Shown here piece after piece: positions 37,083-46,548 of a stretch of DNA of 64,000 bases. The notes beneath the pieces are model-generated. The model did no database searches. It was not told where the DNA came from and saw only the letters and a program-made list of their open reading frames with translations. The position numbers and the translations under genes are program-made. This stretch comes from Pseudomonadota bacterium (GTDB taxonomy: Bacteria > Pseudomonadota > Alphaproteobacteria > Rhodobacterales > Rhodobacteraceae), in the NCBI GenBank assembly GCA_039208375.1, contig JBCCRC010000009.1:2833-66832 (forward strand), written 5' to 3'. Positions within the stretch are counted from its first letter, which is position 1, and every line of letters begins with the position of its first letter.

Positions 37083-39160
37083 GCAGGAACAAGGCCAACA
37101 AGCGCTGGCCGCGCCTCGACCCCGATCTCTTCGAACGACAGCACCGGGTTGGCGATACCCTTGGCGGAGAGGACAGTGCGCAGGAACCGGCGACGGCGCA
37201 TCGAAGTGATGAGGGCCGGGTAATCGCCAGCTTCGCCCGCCTGGCTGAGCTTTTCGGCCACTGCCGCGGCCAGCCGGTTAAACACGTCCGGCGGAAGCGC
37301 CACGTCGCGCGGGCCTGCGCCTGCGTCCACCTCGTGTTCGGCGAAGCGCGCCTCCCATTCCGGGGCCAACTGCACAAGCGGAAGGGTGCCGTCAGCGCGG
37401 CGAAGCCCGGCGATCAGCTGAAAGCCCAACCTTTGGCGCACGTGTTCGGCGGCCATTTCCGGCCCCGCGCCACTGCCCCGGGCCTCGGCAGTCGCCTCAA
37501 GAATAAGGGGCAGATTCCGGATCGATACACGCTCTTCCAGAAGCAGACGCAGCACCTGCAGCAACAGCTCGATCGGCACTTTCTCGGGCACAAGTTCGTC
37601 AATCAGGCGCCGATTGGCCTCCGCCCGCGCTGGATCGGAAAGCTGCGTCATCTCATCAAGCAGCCGTCTGAGGGATTTGAGGCCCATCAGCCGCGGGAAA
37701 TTGCGTTTGATCACCTCAAGAAGGTGCGTTGCGAGCACCTCGGTGGGGCTGACAACCGTGAGCCCCGCAAGCGCAGCGGCATCAGCTTCGTCGGGCGCAA
37801 TCCAGCGCGCAGGCGCCCCGTAAACAGGCTCCGAGACAGTCTCGCCAGGTGGCGCCGCAGCCTCATCACCACCGGTCAATACAAGGGATTTCTGCGGCCA
37901 TAGCCTGTCGCGCGCCTGTTCAACACCTTGAATGCGCACCACATATGTGCCGGGCGGAAGCGACGCATCATCGGTAAGCCGGATCTCGGGCAGGATCACA
38001 CCGAACTCGCTGGCCACATGGCTGCGCATGCTGCCGATACGCGCATCGATCCCGGTGGCCGGGTCAAGTACCATGGGCACGAGGTCCGGGGCGAACTGGA
38101 TGTGAATATCATCAAGGTCCAGCGTGTCGGCGATCGGCGGCGGGCCGGCAGGCACGGCGGCATCCTCGGCCCCAACCGCCGCTGGATCAGGCGCGGCATC
38201 GCGGTTTTGCGCACGCCAATAGGCCGCCCCGCCCAAGCCCGCTGCTCCAGCAATAAACGGCAAAAACGGCAACCCCGGCACCAGCGCCAGAAGCGCCATG
38301 AGAAATCCCACCGTAGCCAGGGCTTCGGGATATCCGCCAAGCTGAGCGAAAACGGCCAGATCCGTCGAGCCCGTGGCGCCGCCCCGCGCCAAAAGCAGCG
38401 CCGAAGCGATTGACACAATCACCGCAGGGATCTGGCTGACCAATCCGTCGCCAACGGTGAGGATCGAATAGGTCTCCAGCGCCTCACCGAAGGCCATATC
38501 GTGCGCGGCAATCCCGATGATCAGCCCCATCACGAAGTTGAGAAGGGTGATCAAAAGCCCCGCGATGGCGTCACCTTTTACGAATTTCGATGCGCCGTCG
38601 AGCGATCCGAAAAACGTGGTTTCTTCCTGTTCCCGGGAGCGGCGTTCCCGTGCCTCGGCATGGTCGATCGCCCCGGCGGACATGTCGCTGTCGATCGCAA
38701 GCTGCTTGCCGGGCATCGCATCAAGCGCGAAGCGCGCGCCCACTTCGGCCATCCGAGCCGCGCCCTTGGTGATGACGATGAAATTCACAATCAGCAGTAC
38801 GCCGAACACGACTAGCCCCAAAAACAGGCTGCCCCCCATCACGAACATCGCAAAGCCCTCGATCACATCTCCGGCAGCATTCGTCCCGGTGTGCCCCTCT
38901 CCGATAATCAGCTTGGTAGAGGCCACGTTCAATGACAGGCGGAGCACAAGAGAAGCGAGCAGAACCGTAGGAAAGGCCGAGAAATCGAGCGGCCGTTCGA
39001 TGAAAAGGGTCACCGTAAAGATCAGGATGGCCAGTGCAAAAGACACGGCAAGACCGATGTCGAGCATCCAGGAGGGCATCGGCAGGATCATCATCACGAT
39101 CACGGCCAAAAGCGCGACCGCCAGCAGGATCGTGGGGCGGAAAAGAACGGCGGCGCTCAC
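37079..39160 (-). CDS. flhA: flagellar export gate protein FlhA
   Basis: 693 aa. N-terminal TM domain with VGDGLVSQIPA, plus a large cytoplasmic C-terminal domain. Confidence 0.95.
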   Translation of the reverse strand: MSAAVLFRPTILLAVALLAVIVMMILPMPSWMLDIGLAVSFALAILIFTVTLFIERPLDFSAFPTVLLASLVLRLSLNVASTKLIIGEGHTGTNAAGDVIEGFAMFVMGGSLFLGLVVFGVLLIVNFIVITKGAARMAEVGARFALDAMPGKQLAIDSDMSAGAIDHAEARERRSREQEETTFFGSLDGASKFVKGDAIAGLLITLLNFVMGLIIGIAAHDMAFGEALETYSILTVGDGLVSQIPAVIVSIASALLLARGGATGSTDLAVFAQLGGYPEALATVGFLMALLALVPGLPFLPFIAGAAGLGGAAYWRAQNRDAAPDPAAVGAEDAAVPAGPPPIADTLDLDDIHIQFAPDLVPMVLDPATGIDARIGSMRSHVASEFGVILPEIRLTDDASLPPGTYVVRIQGVEQARDRLWPQKSLVLTGGDEAAAPPGETVSEPVYGAPARWIAPDEADAAALAGLTVVSPTEVLATHLLEVIKRNFPRLMGLKSLRRLLDEMTQLSDPARAEANRRLIDELVPEKVPIELLLQVLRLLLEERVSIRNLPLILEATAEARGSGAGPEMAAEHVRQRLGFQLIAGLRRADGTLPLVQLAPEWEARFAEHEVDAGAGPRDVALPPDVFNRLAAAVAEKLSQAGEAGDYPALITSMRRRRFLRTVLSAKGIANPVLSFEEIGVEARPALVGLVPA

Positions 39161-39909
39161 GGCAAACGCTTCGGTGCGGCCACCAATGCCTGTGACGCCC
39201 GCGCCAGAAACGCATCAAGCGGCGCGACATCCGGCACGAGCGATCCCGAAGACAGGCTGCCACGCCCGGACTGAAGCAGCACATAGCCACGGGCCGGCGG
39301 GGTAGCCTCGCGCGCTAACGCGAGGGCAGATGCAATAGGCGCCGGCTGCTCAGCCAAACGGGCCCGCCAGCGATCAAAACGGGCCCGGTACACCCTTGCG
39401 TAGTGAGGCGTCCGGGAATGATAGGCGCCCGCAGCGCGGCTCCAATCCCCAAACTCGGCATAAAGGCTGGCCAGGAACCGCGCGGCGTAGGCGGCATTCG
39501 CGGCCGGATCGATCATCTCTTCGAGCGAGCGGAAGGCACGGCCGTGCCAACGGTAGTTGACCTGGAAGCAGCCAACATCGAACGAATGCCGTTGCGCCGC
39601 CCGTTCGCCGCGAATGAACGCCAGCGCCTCGTCCCGCGTCGTAAACCACTGGCTGGTACCGGAGGCATTGATCGCCCAAGGCGCGGCGCGTGGACCATCG
39701 CGGGTAACGCGACCCGTTTCTGTCAACGCAATCGCGCGCATGACGTTTTTGGGGACACCCCATCTTTCGGCCGCGGGGCGAAGTGCTGCCTCGCAAACAT
39801 CGAGCGCCCGAGCCGGAGTCGCGGCGGCAAGCGAAAAGGCCGCCCCGAGTGCAAGCACCCATAGTGCGGCTACGAAAAGCCAAACCTGCTGAGCCATTCG
39901 AGCTCCCAA
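39157..39909 (-). CDS. lytic transglycosylase (SLT domain), Sec signal peptide
   Basis: Signal peptide VWLFVAALWVLALGAAFSLAAA. SLT motifs NVMRAIALTETG and FDVGCFQVNYRWH. Overlaps the flhA start by 4 nt. Confidence 0.8.
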   Translation of the reverse strand: MGARMAQQVWLFVAALWVLALGAAFSLAAATPARALDVCEAALRPAAERWGVPKNVMRAIALTETGRVTRDGPRAAPWAINASGTSQWFTTRDEALAFIRGERAAQRHSFDVGCFQVNYRWHGRAFRSLEEMIDPAANAAYAARFLASLYAEFGDWSRAAGAYHSRTPHYARVYRARFDRWRARLAEQPAPIASALALAREATPPARGYVLLQSGRGSLSSGSLVPDVAPLDAFLARASQALVAAPKRLP

Positions 39910-39980
39910 TCACCAGCGATTGCGTCACAGATGCGCACAAGTGTTTTCGCCGCGAAGCCTTTCGAAAGCGTTGCTGCGGC

Positions 39981-42266
39981 CTAGGGCGCGGGAGGGGGCG
40001 GCACGGCCTCAAGAAGGGCGGCCAATCGGGCGCGCGCCTCTGTACTCTCGCCCAGAAGATCACGGAGGGAGGAAAGCTGCAGCGGATCATGCTCTGGAAC
40101 ACCGTCCGTAACCAGCGCGCCCGCGGCCCCGATTGCGTCAGGGGCCCGTGCCGCCAGCGCTTCCCAAGCCCGGGCGCGAAGAGCAGCGCGCACGGCCAGA
40201 TCCCGATCTTCTGCCGTCGCAGCAAGCTCAAGCGCGCGCTCTGCCTCACCCAGGCGAAGCCGCGCCACGGCAGCAATGCGGCTGGCGTTTTCATCATCCA
40301 GCTGCTCGGCTGTGCGCGCCGCCTCCCCAGGCCGGCCCGCGGCAAGATCGAGCCGTGCCGCAAGGCGCACCGCGGCGTCGTCGCCCATGGCCAGAAGCGG
40401 CGCTGCAAGCCCTTCGGCCTGCGCGGCAAAACCAAGTGCGATCAACCGGTCGACATAGACGGTGCGTGCCGTGAGCCCTGCCTCCGTCAAGCTACGGTCG
40501 ATCCCGGCGGCGAAGGCATATCGCAGAAACACCGCATCCGGCGCATCCTCGGCGATTGCGAGAAGCGCCTCGCCTTCGAGCAGGGTGGCGGCCTCGGCGG
40601 ACAAAACGCCTTGGTCCAGCGCTACGGTCAGCGCCTGTGTCGCACCGTCAAAATCCTCCCGCGTGAGCCGGGCGCGGATTTCAGCGGCCTTCAGCCGCGG
40701 CGCCTCCGCTGTCCCCACACGCTCAAACGCAAGGATCGCTGCACTTTCAAGGGCCGCGATGTCCACCGGGCGGCCCGCCGCTAGATCTGCCTCGATGAGC
40801 TTCAAAAGGGCATCGCCTGCCTCCGGCAGATCGCCGGTGCCAACTGCTACCAGCGCATCGCGGTTTTCCGGCAAAAGCCCGCGTTCGCCCAGCCGTGCCT
40901 CAAACAGGGTGCGGGCGGCTGAGGCGTTAGGGCTTGGCGGCGGCAGGCGGCGATGCAGCACAAGAGCGCTTTCGCTTTCGCCCAGCGCCAGAAGCCGCAG
41001 GCCAAGCTCCGGCCCGATCACGGTCCGCAAATGCGACGGAAGCGCGGCATGCGCCAGGAGCAGGGCATTCACATCGGCCACGCCGGGCGGCGGCAGCGGG
41101 TCTGCCGCCAGCAGCGCCCAGAGGGCGCCGGGCCCCGGGCAGCCGATCTCGGGCGCAAGAGTTTCGGGAGCCTCACCGAAATGCCCGTCAACGATGCGGG
41201 CAATGGCGGCTGTGATCCCTGCCTCATCGCCGGTTGCGCCGAAAGCTTCGAGGACGCCCCGCGCCTCAGCCCCGAACGACAAATAGGTATAGAGGCGCGC
41301 GAGCCGCAGAACCGCTGCCTCGTCGGGGCCGTCGCGGGCGCCGATCACCTCTGCGCGCGCCGCGCCCAGCGCTGCGGTCGGATCCTCCGCATTGCCCCAG
41401 CTTGGCACGTCATAGGCCGTGCCCGCATGGCATTGATCCCGCGCCGGATCGATCAACGCAAAGGCATCCGGGCCAATGCTCTGCCCCGCACGGTCAAACC
41501 CCGTCTCGATCCGTATGTTGGGGCGGCCCGACGGCGGATCAGGCACGTTGGTTTCACTGCCCGCAAGCTCCGGGGTGCGCGCGGCGTCAACAAGCCCCTC
41601 GGCCGCGGCGCGCGCCACAGCTTCGGCCAGAGCGCGTTGTAGGCCCCGGTCGCTCGCAGCAACGCTTAACGGTAGGCTCAGCCCCCGAGCCGCGGCGCTT
41701 GAACCCAGGTCTGGCAGGCCGTCGTGGCCCGCCACGCGTTGCACGGCGCTCAACTCTGCGAGCGTAATCGTTCGGTCGGCGGGCAAGACAGGCGCCCAAG
41801 CCGGCACGGGCGCTGGGGGCTCCGGCTGACGGGGCGCAACGCCCATTACCGCCACACGGCCCCCGAGCGGAGGCAACCGTGCTTCGTGCCGCGCAGTGCG
41901 GCCAGGCGCCCCATCCCGGATGTCGATCACAAGAATGCGGGTACCGAGCATGCCGGTTTCCGCCGTACAAAGGCAGCCTAGCGAAATCAGCAAATCGCCG
42001 GATGACGGATCAACCATAAGATCGGCGATCCGGTCCCTCGGGATCAGGCGGAACACGCCCCCGAAATCAAACGAAACGTCGCTGCGGCCCGGTCGCAACG
42101 CATAGCCCCCTTCAAAGCGCCCAAGCACCCAATCGAGCGGGCGGGGGAAAGTAACCACCAAGCGCGCAAACCCGTCATGCGCGCCGGAGCGCACGGTGGC
42201 CGTTTGCGCCTGAACCGAGAGCGGCACGAGCGCCGCAACGACGCATGCCAAAAACCAGCGCATCAC
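39981..42266 (-). CDS. large secreted flagellar-cluster protein of unknown function (N-terminal beta domain plus Ala/Leu-rich helical-repeat region)
   Basis: 761 aa. Signal peptide ending SVQAQ. Overlaps the motA stop by 4 nt. The C-terminal two thirds are TPR-like helical repeats. Confidence 0.7.
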   Translation of the reverse strand: MMRWFLACVVAALVPLSVQAQTATVRSGAHDGFARLVVTFPRPLDWVLGRFEGGYALRPGRSDVSFDFGGVFRLIPRDRIADLMVDPSSGDLLISLGCLCTAETGMLGTRILVIDIRDGAPGRTARHEARLPPLGGRVAVMGVAPRQPEPPAPVPAWAPVLPADRTITLAELSAVQRVAGHDGLPDLGSSAAARGLSLPLSVAASDRGLQRALAEAVARAAAEGLVDAARTPELAGSETNVPDPPSGRPNIRIETGFDRAGQSIGPDAFALIDPARDQCHAGTAYDVPSWGNAEDPTAALGAARAEVIGARDGPDEAAVLRLARLYTYLSFGAEARGVLEAFGATGDEAGITAAIARIVDGHFGEAPETLAPEIGCPGPGALWALLAADPLPPPGVADVNALLLAHAALPSHLRTVIGPELGLRLLALGESESALVLHRRLPPPSPNASAARTLFEARLGERGLLPENRDALVAVGTGDLPEAGDALLKLIEADLAAGRPVDIAALESAAILAFERVGTAEAPRLKAAEIRARLTREDFDGATQALTVALDQGVLSAEAATLLEGEALLAIAEDAPDAVFLRYAFAAGIDRSLTEAGLTARTVYVDRLIALGFAAQAEGLAAPLLAMGDDAAVRLAARLDLAAGRPGEAARTAEQLDDENASRIAAVARLRLGEAERALELAATAEDRDLAVRAALRARAWEALAARAPDAIGAAGALVTDGVPEHDPLQLSSLRDLLGESTEARARLAALLEAVPPPPAP

Positions 42267-43132
42267 GCCGCCTCGCGCTTGGTATCCTGGAGGGCCGCCT
42301 CAAGCTCGGAAAAACTTGGGCGCACGCTATGGGGCGCGTTCTGGCGGCCGACTTCAATGCAGATATTTGCGGGATGATTATGCAGGTTTGCCACGAGAAC
42401 CTCGCGGATCAGGTTGTAGAAATGGGCATCATCCGCCGCGACCGTTTTCAGCCGGGTCGCGAACGGGCCGACAAATGCATAGGCAAGAAATACACCCAGG
42501 AACGTGCCCACAAGCGCGCCACCGATGAGCTTTCCGAGAATTTCAGGTGGTTGGTCGATCGAGGCCATCGTTTTGATCACCCCCAGAACCGCAGCCACGA
42601 TTCCCAGTGCGGGAAGCGCATCGGCCACCGTTTGTAGGGCGTGGCTCGAATGCATTGCATGGTGTTCGCGGGCCTCCAATCGCTTTCCCAGAACCTCTTC
42701 CACCTGGTGAGGATCGTCATAATTCATCGAGGCGGAGCGCAGGGTATCGCAGATGATCTCGACCGCCTCGTGATCGGCCAGGATTCGCGGGTAACGACCG
42801 AAGATCGCGGATGTTTCCGGTGCTTCGATATGCTCCTCAAGCGATACCGGGTTCGCACGCGCGATGCGGATTAGTTCGAAGAGTAAACACAACAGGTCGC
42901 GGTAGTCATCGGGCTTCCAGTGCGGGCCTTTGAACACCTTGCCCAACTCTTTCAGCGTGTGCTTGATCGAAGGCCCATCATTGGCGATCAGGAACGTGCC
43001 GATCGCGGCGCCACAGATCATCATCATTTCAAAGGGAAGGGCCTTGACGATGATGCCAAACTTGCCGCCAGCCAGCGCATAGCCGCCGAAGACCATTGCG
43101 AAAATGAAAACGATGCCGATGATGCCGATCAT
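42263..43132 (-). CDS. motA: flagellar stator protein MotA
   Basis: 289 aa, four TM helices. C-terminal GGALVGTFLGVFLAYAFVGPF is the MotA/TolQ/ExbB channel motif. Confidence 0.95.
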   Translation of the reverse strand: MIGIIGIVFIFAMVFGGYALAGGKFGIIVKALPFEMMMICGAAIGTFLIANDGPSIKHTLKELGKVFKGPHWKPDDYRDLLCLLFELIRIARANPVSLEEHIEAPETSAIFGRYPRILADHEAVEIICDTLRSASMNYDDPHQVEEVLGKRLEAREHHAMHSSHALQTVADALPALGIVAAVLGVIKTMASIDQPPEILGKLIGGALVGTFLGVFLAYAFVGPFATRLKTVAADDAHFYNLIREVLVANLHNHPANICIEVGRQNAPHSVRPSFSELEAALQDTKREAA

Positions 43133-43182
43133 GCCGGGCGCCTTACCGTTTTGTTGCGAGACTGGGTTCGAGGAAGGGGCGG

Positions 43183-43764
43183 CTACTGTGTCGGCGCGCG
43201 GGCGTTCCGCCCCGCCAGGATCACGCTGATCGTGTAGGCGGTTTCCGGGGGCAGACCAGCGAAGATTGCGGCCGCCGCATCGGCCCGCATGCGGGAAAGA
43301 AAGCCGGCCGCGAAATCGGGCGTCATTGCCTGGAAAAGCTCTGCCGCTTCCTTGGGTTTCATGTTTTCGTAGACGCTGGTGAGCTGCGCCAGATCGTCCT
43401 CCGCCGCCGTTTCCGAGCGCGCCATAGTTGCACTCAGCTGCGCCTCGGCGGCCTCCAACGCTGCGAGCCGGGCCTCAATGGCCTGTTCGGCAAGATCGAG
43501 CGCGGCAAGCCTGTCAGACAGAGCATTTTCCCGATCCTGAACCGATGTTTCCCGCGCGCGCACCGCGGCCAGCGCGGCATCAAGCCCTTCATCGGTGGCG
43601 CAATCGCAGGCGGCGGTAATCACCCCAGCCTCAGCTGTGCGCGCAGCAACTTCCCGCGCAAGGGCGGCGCCGTGGCCATCCCACGCCCGCAAAAGCCCAG
43701 AGCCCACAAAGCCTGCCGCAATGATCAATAATAGCCCGCGGCCCAAAATGCTTGATCGGGTCAT
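43183..43764 (-). CDS. MotE-like flagellar protein (MgtE-N/FlbB-type helical domain)
   Basis: TM anchor and coiled coil followed by YENMKPKEAAELFQAMTPDFAAGFLSRM. Confidence 0.65.
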   Translation of the reverse strand: MTRSSILGRGLLLIIAAGFVGSGLLRAWDGHGAALAREVAARTAEAGVITAACDCATDEGLDAALAAVRARETSVQDRENALSDRLAALDLAEQAIEARLAALEAAEAQLSATMARSETAAEDDLAQLTSVYENMKPKEAAELFQAMTPDFAAGFLSRMRADAAAAIFAGLPPETAYTISVILAGRNARAPTQ

Positions 43765-44279
43765 CCCTTGGCCCCTGTGCGCATCCGATTGCTCAGAAAG
43801 AGCGCATCTTCGACCGGCGCGTTTTCAGCAGGCGCAGCACCATTCGGTGCAGCGGGCGATACTGCGGCTTCATCGGTGGCCTTGGGCTGGGTGCGGTCGG
43901 GAAAGATCTCATCCGGTGGCCTCGCCGCAGCCACATCAGCTGGTTCGGGCGCAACAGGTTCGGCGGGTGCGGGCGCCTCGGCACGCGGCGCCACGTCGGG
44001 CAAGTCATGAAGCGACGCCACCAGAAGCTCCAGCCGGCGCGCGGCGGCTTCGGCACGCCCGGTAAGCTCCCCCAATGAGTTGGCCGAATCCGATGCCGCG
44101 GTTTGCGCAGATTTGAGGGTGCGAGTCATATCGTCCACCTGCACCGATAGCACCGCGATCGCACCACCCACGCCTTTTTCGAGATCCGTAAACCGGCTCA
44201 GTCGGCGCGAGAGCACGATGCAATACGCCCCTGCCCCAAGCGCCGCGATCAAAAGCAAAACATCAGCAACAAACGCCAC
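43761..44279 (-). CDS. membrane-anchored coiled-coil flagellar-cluster protein
   Basis: TM helix VLLLIAALGAGAYCIVL, coiled coil and Pro/Ala-rich tail. 4-nt overlap with the downstream gene. Confidence 0.6.
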   Translation of the reverse strand: MAFVADVLLLIAALGAGAYCIVLSRRLSRFTDLEKGVGGAIAVLSVQVDDMTRTLKSAQTAASDSANSLGELTGRAEAAARRLELLVASLHDLPDVAPRAEAPAPAEPVAPEPADVAAARPPDEIFPDRTQPKATDEAAVSPAAPNGAAPAENAPVEDALFLSNRMRTGAKG

Positions 44280-44288
44280 GGCCGCCTC

Positions 44289-44810
44289 CTAATTCAGCAC
44301 GAATTCCATCACGAGCAGGTCGCGCACATTGTCCTCGCCCACCACCAGCCGCACCCGTCGCAGCATCTGGGCACGCAGCTTGATCAGCGCAGACGGTTCT
44401 TCGAGATCGCGCGCTTCAACTGCGCGCAGATACCCGTTCAGTACATCCGTGATCCGCGGCATCAGCGCCGTGACATCGCGCACCTTGCCGTTGGGCACCT
44501 CAAGCTGGGCGTTGAATCGCAAGTGGCGCCCGGCCGTGCCCGTGCCGACCGACACCACGATGGGCTCAATCGGCACAAACGCGATGCCGGCATCCGCTGG
44601 CTCAGCCGCCTTTTCTCCAGCCCCATCTGCCCCGCCGCCCAGCAGCCCAGAAGCGGCTGCAAAGTAACCGCCTGCGCCAGCCGGAACCGCAAGGACCAGC
44701 CCGATTAAAAGCGCCTTTCCCAACCGTTTTGGCGGCGGGCCTTCTTCTTCCGTTGCAGCGTCTGCCATCACGTCCCCATTGCCCCCGCGCTTGCTCTTAC
44801 CCCGTTGCAT
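44289..44810 (-). CDS. fliL: flagellar basal-body-associated protein FliL (paralog 2)
   Basis: C-terminal LRFNAQLEV...MPRITDVLNGYLRAVEARDL...VRDLLVMEFVLN. The alternative ATG at 44768 has a better SD (GGGGA). Confidence 0.85.
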   Translation of the reverse strand: MQRGKSKRGGNGDVMADAATEEEGPPPKRLGKALLIGLVLAVPAGAGGYFAAASGLLGGGADGAGEKAAEPADAGIAFVPIEPIVVSVGTGTAGRHLRFNAQLEVPNGKVRDVTALMPRITDVLNGYLRAVEARDLEEPSALIKLRAQMLRRVRLVVGEDNVRDLLVMEFVLN

Positions 44811-44825
44811 CTAACCGATTGTTAA
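44811..44825. promoter_or_regulatory. CtrA-box-like site in the fliL/fliF divergent region
   Basis: CTAAccgattgTTAA, which reads TTAA-N7-TTAG on the minus strand. It lies 62 nt upstream of the fliF GTG. Confidence 0.4.
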
Positions 44826-44886
44826 GAGCGCTCTGCGAGAAGCGCCGCAGCACAAGGGCAGAAGCCCGTAAGTGGCGGAGTAAGGC

Positions 44887-46548
44887 GTGCAGCAGTTCAT
44901 GGCCGGGTTTATGGCGCTTTCGCCAATGCGGCGGATCGTGGTTCTGGGAGCCACTGTTGGCGTATTTTCAGCCGTTCTGGGCTTGGCCCGCATGGCCTCG
45001 GCGCCGCAGATGGCATTGCTTTACGCTGGGCTCGAACCGGCGGCGGCGGGCGAGGTTGTGGCCGCCCTTGAACAAGCCGGAACACCCTACGAGGTGCGGG
45101 GTACGTCGATATTCGTTGATGCCGCACAGCGTGATGCTACGCGGCTGGAACTTGCCGCGCAGGGCCAGCCTGCCATGGGCGCACAAGGCTACGAACTTCT
45201 AGAAGCAATGTCGGGGTTCGGAACGACTGCGCAGATGTTCGATGCAACGTACTGGCGGGCAAAAGAGGGCGAGCTTGCGCGCACGATCGTCGCCAGCCCC
45301 GCCTACCAAAGTGCCCGCGTTCACATCTCAAACCAGGCGCAGAACCGCTTCTCCATGGGCGGCGCGCCCAAGGCATCTGTCACCGTCGCCCCGGCCGCTG
45401 GGCGGATCAGCTCGGCGCAGGCCCGCGCGTTGAAGCACCTTGTCGCCTCGGCGGTGGCGAATCTCGATCCCGAGCGGGTTTCGGTGATTGACGCACGAAC
45501 GGGCCTCGTTGACGGGGGTGCGGGCGATGCGATGGGGAACGGCTTGGCGATGGACGAACGGGCTGCGGCCCTGAAGCAGAATGTCGAACGCCTGTTGGCC
45601 GCGCGCGTGGGCCCGGGCAACGCCGTTGTCGAAATCATGATCGACCCGGTGACCGAGCGGGAGCAAATCCGCGAGACACTCTTTGATCCTGACAGCCGGG
45701 TGGCCATCAGCACCGATACACAGGAAATCACCACTTCGGCCCAGGATCAGGGCAGCAACGCCGTAACTGTGGCGAGCAACCTTCCCGATGGTGAAGCCTC
45801 TGGTGCCGGGAATAGCTCAACATCTCAAAACTCCGAAACCCGCGAGCGGGTGAATTTCGAGGTGGCTGAAACGCAGCGCGAAATCTTGCGCACACCCGGG
45901 GCGATCCGGCGAATGTCTGTTGCCGTTCTGGTGGATGGTGTCAGAGGCTCCAATGCCGACGGGGATGCGACTTGGGAGCCGCGGCCGGCGGCAGAGCTCG
46001 CGTCTTTACGCGCGCTCGTGGAATCAGCCGTGGGCTTCGATGCCGAGCGCGGGGATACGGTCACCCTTGAATCGCTTGAATTTCTGCCGGTGGCCGAGGC
46101 AGGCAGCACGGCGCCCGCGGCGCCGCTCTTTTCGGCAGGGCCTATCAACGTGATGCAGCTTGCGCTTGCCGGGCTCACCGCGCTTGTTACCCTTGCCATT
46201 GCCGCGCTTGTTGTGCGCCCCGCAATCGCGGCAATTGCCCAGGGCCGGCCGGCGCCCTCAGCACCCATGGGCCTACCGGCACCAGAGGATGGCAAGGCAG
46301 CCGCGCCTGCTCTCGCGCCTGCGGGCGCAGACGACATCGATAGCGGCCTGCCGGCCCTTGAGGGCGATTTGCCGCCGCTAGCGATCGCACCCGCGCCCAT
46401 GGGGCTTGCCGATCTTGGCGGCGGCGAGCTGGTCGGCATTGGGGGTGGCGATGGCGCGGCTGATCGCCTGCGTGCGCTTGTCGGCGAGCGCCGAGAGGAA
46501 AGCGCAGCCGTTCTTCAAAGCTGGGTCGAAGATCGGGGAGCGGCCTGA
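44887..46548 (+). CDS. fliF: flagellar MS-ring protein FliF
   Basis: 553 aa, GTG preceded by GGAG. N-terminal TM, periplasmic ring-building region and a second TM (INVMQLALAGLTALVTLAIAALVV). Confidence 0.9.
   Translation: MQQFMAGFMALSPMRRIVVLGATVGVFSAVLGLARMASAPQMALLYAGLEPAAAGEVVAALEQAGTPYEVRGTSIFVDAAQRDATRLELAAQGQPAMGAQGYELLEAMSGFGTTAQMFDATYWRAKEGELARTIVASPAYQSARVHISNQAQNRFSMGGAPKASVTVAPAAGRISSAQARALKHLVASAVANLDPERVSVIDARTGLVDGGAGDAMGNGLAMDERAAALKQNVERLLAARVGPGNAVVEIMIDPVTEREQIRETLFDPDSRVAISTDTQEITTSAQDQGSNAVTVASNLPDGEASGAGNSSTSQNSETRERVNFEVAETQREILRTPGAIRRMSVAVLVDGVRGSNADGDATWEPRPAAELASLRALVESAVGFDAERGDTVTLESLEFLPVAEAGSTAPAAPLFSAGPINVMQLALAGLTALVTLAIAALVVRPAIAAIAQGRPAPSAPMGLPAPEDGKAAAPALAPAGADDIDSGLPALEGDLPPLAIAPAPMGLADLGGGELVGIGGGDGAADRLRALVGERREESAAVLQSWVEDRGAA

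Noticed and set aside
39958-39967. 10-bp perfect palindrome CTTTCGAAAG between the 761-aa gene and the SLT gene.
   Set aside because: It is short and isolated, and I noticed no second copy or flanking stem. It could be a weak attenuator, but a chance occurrence cannot be excluded.
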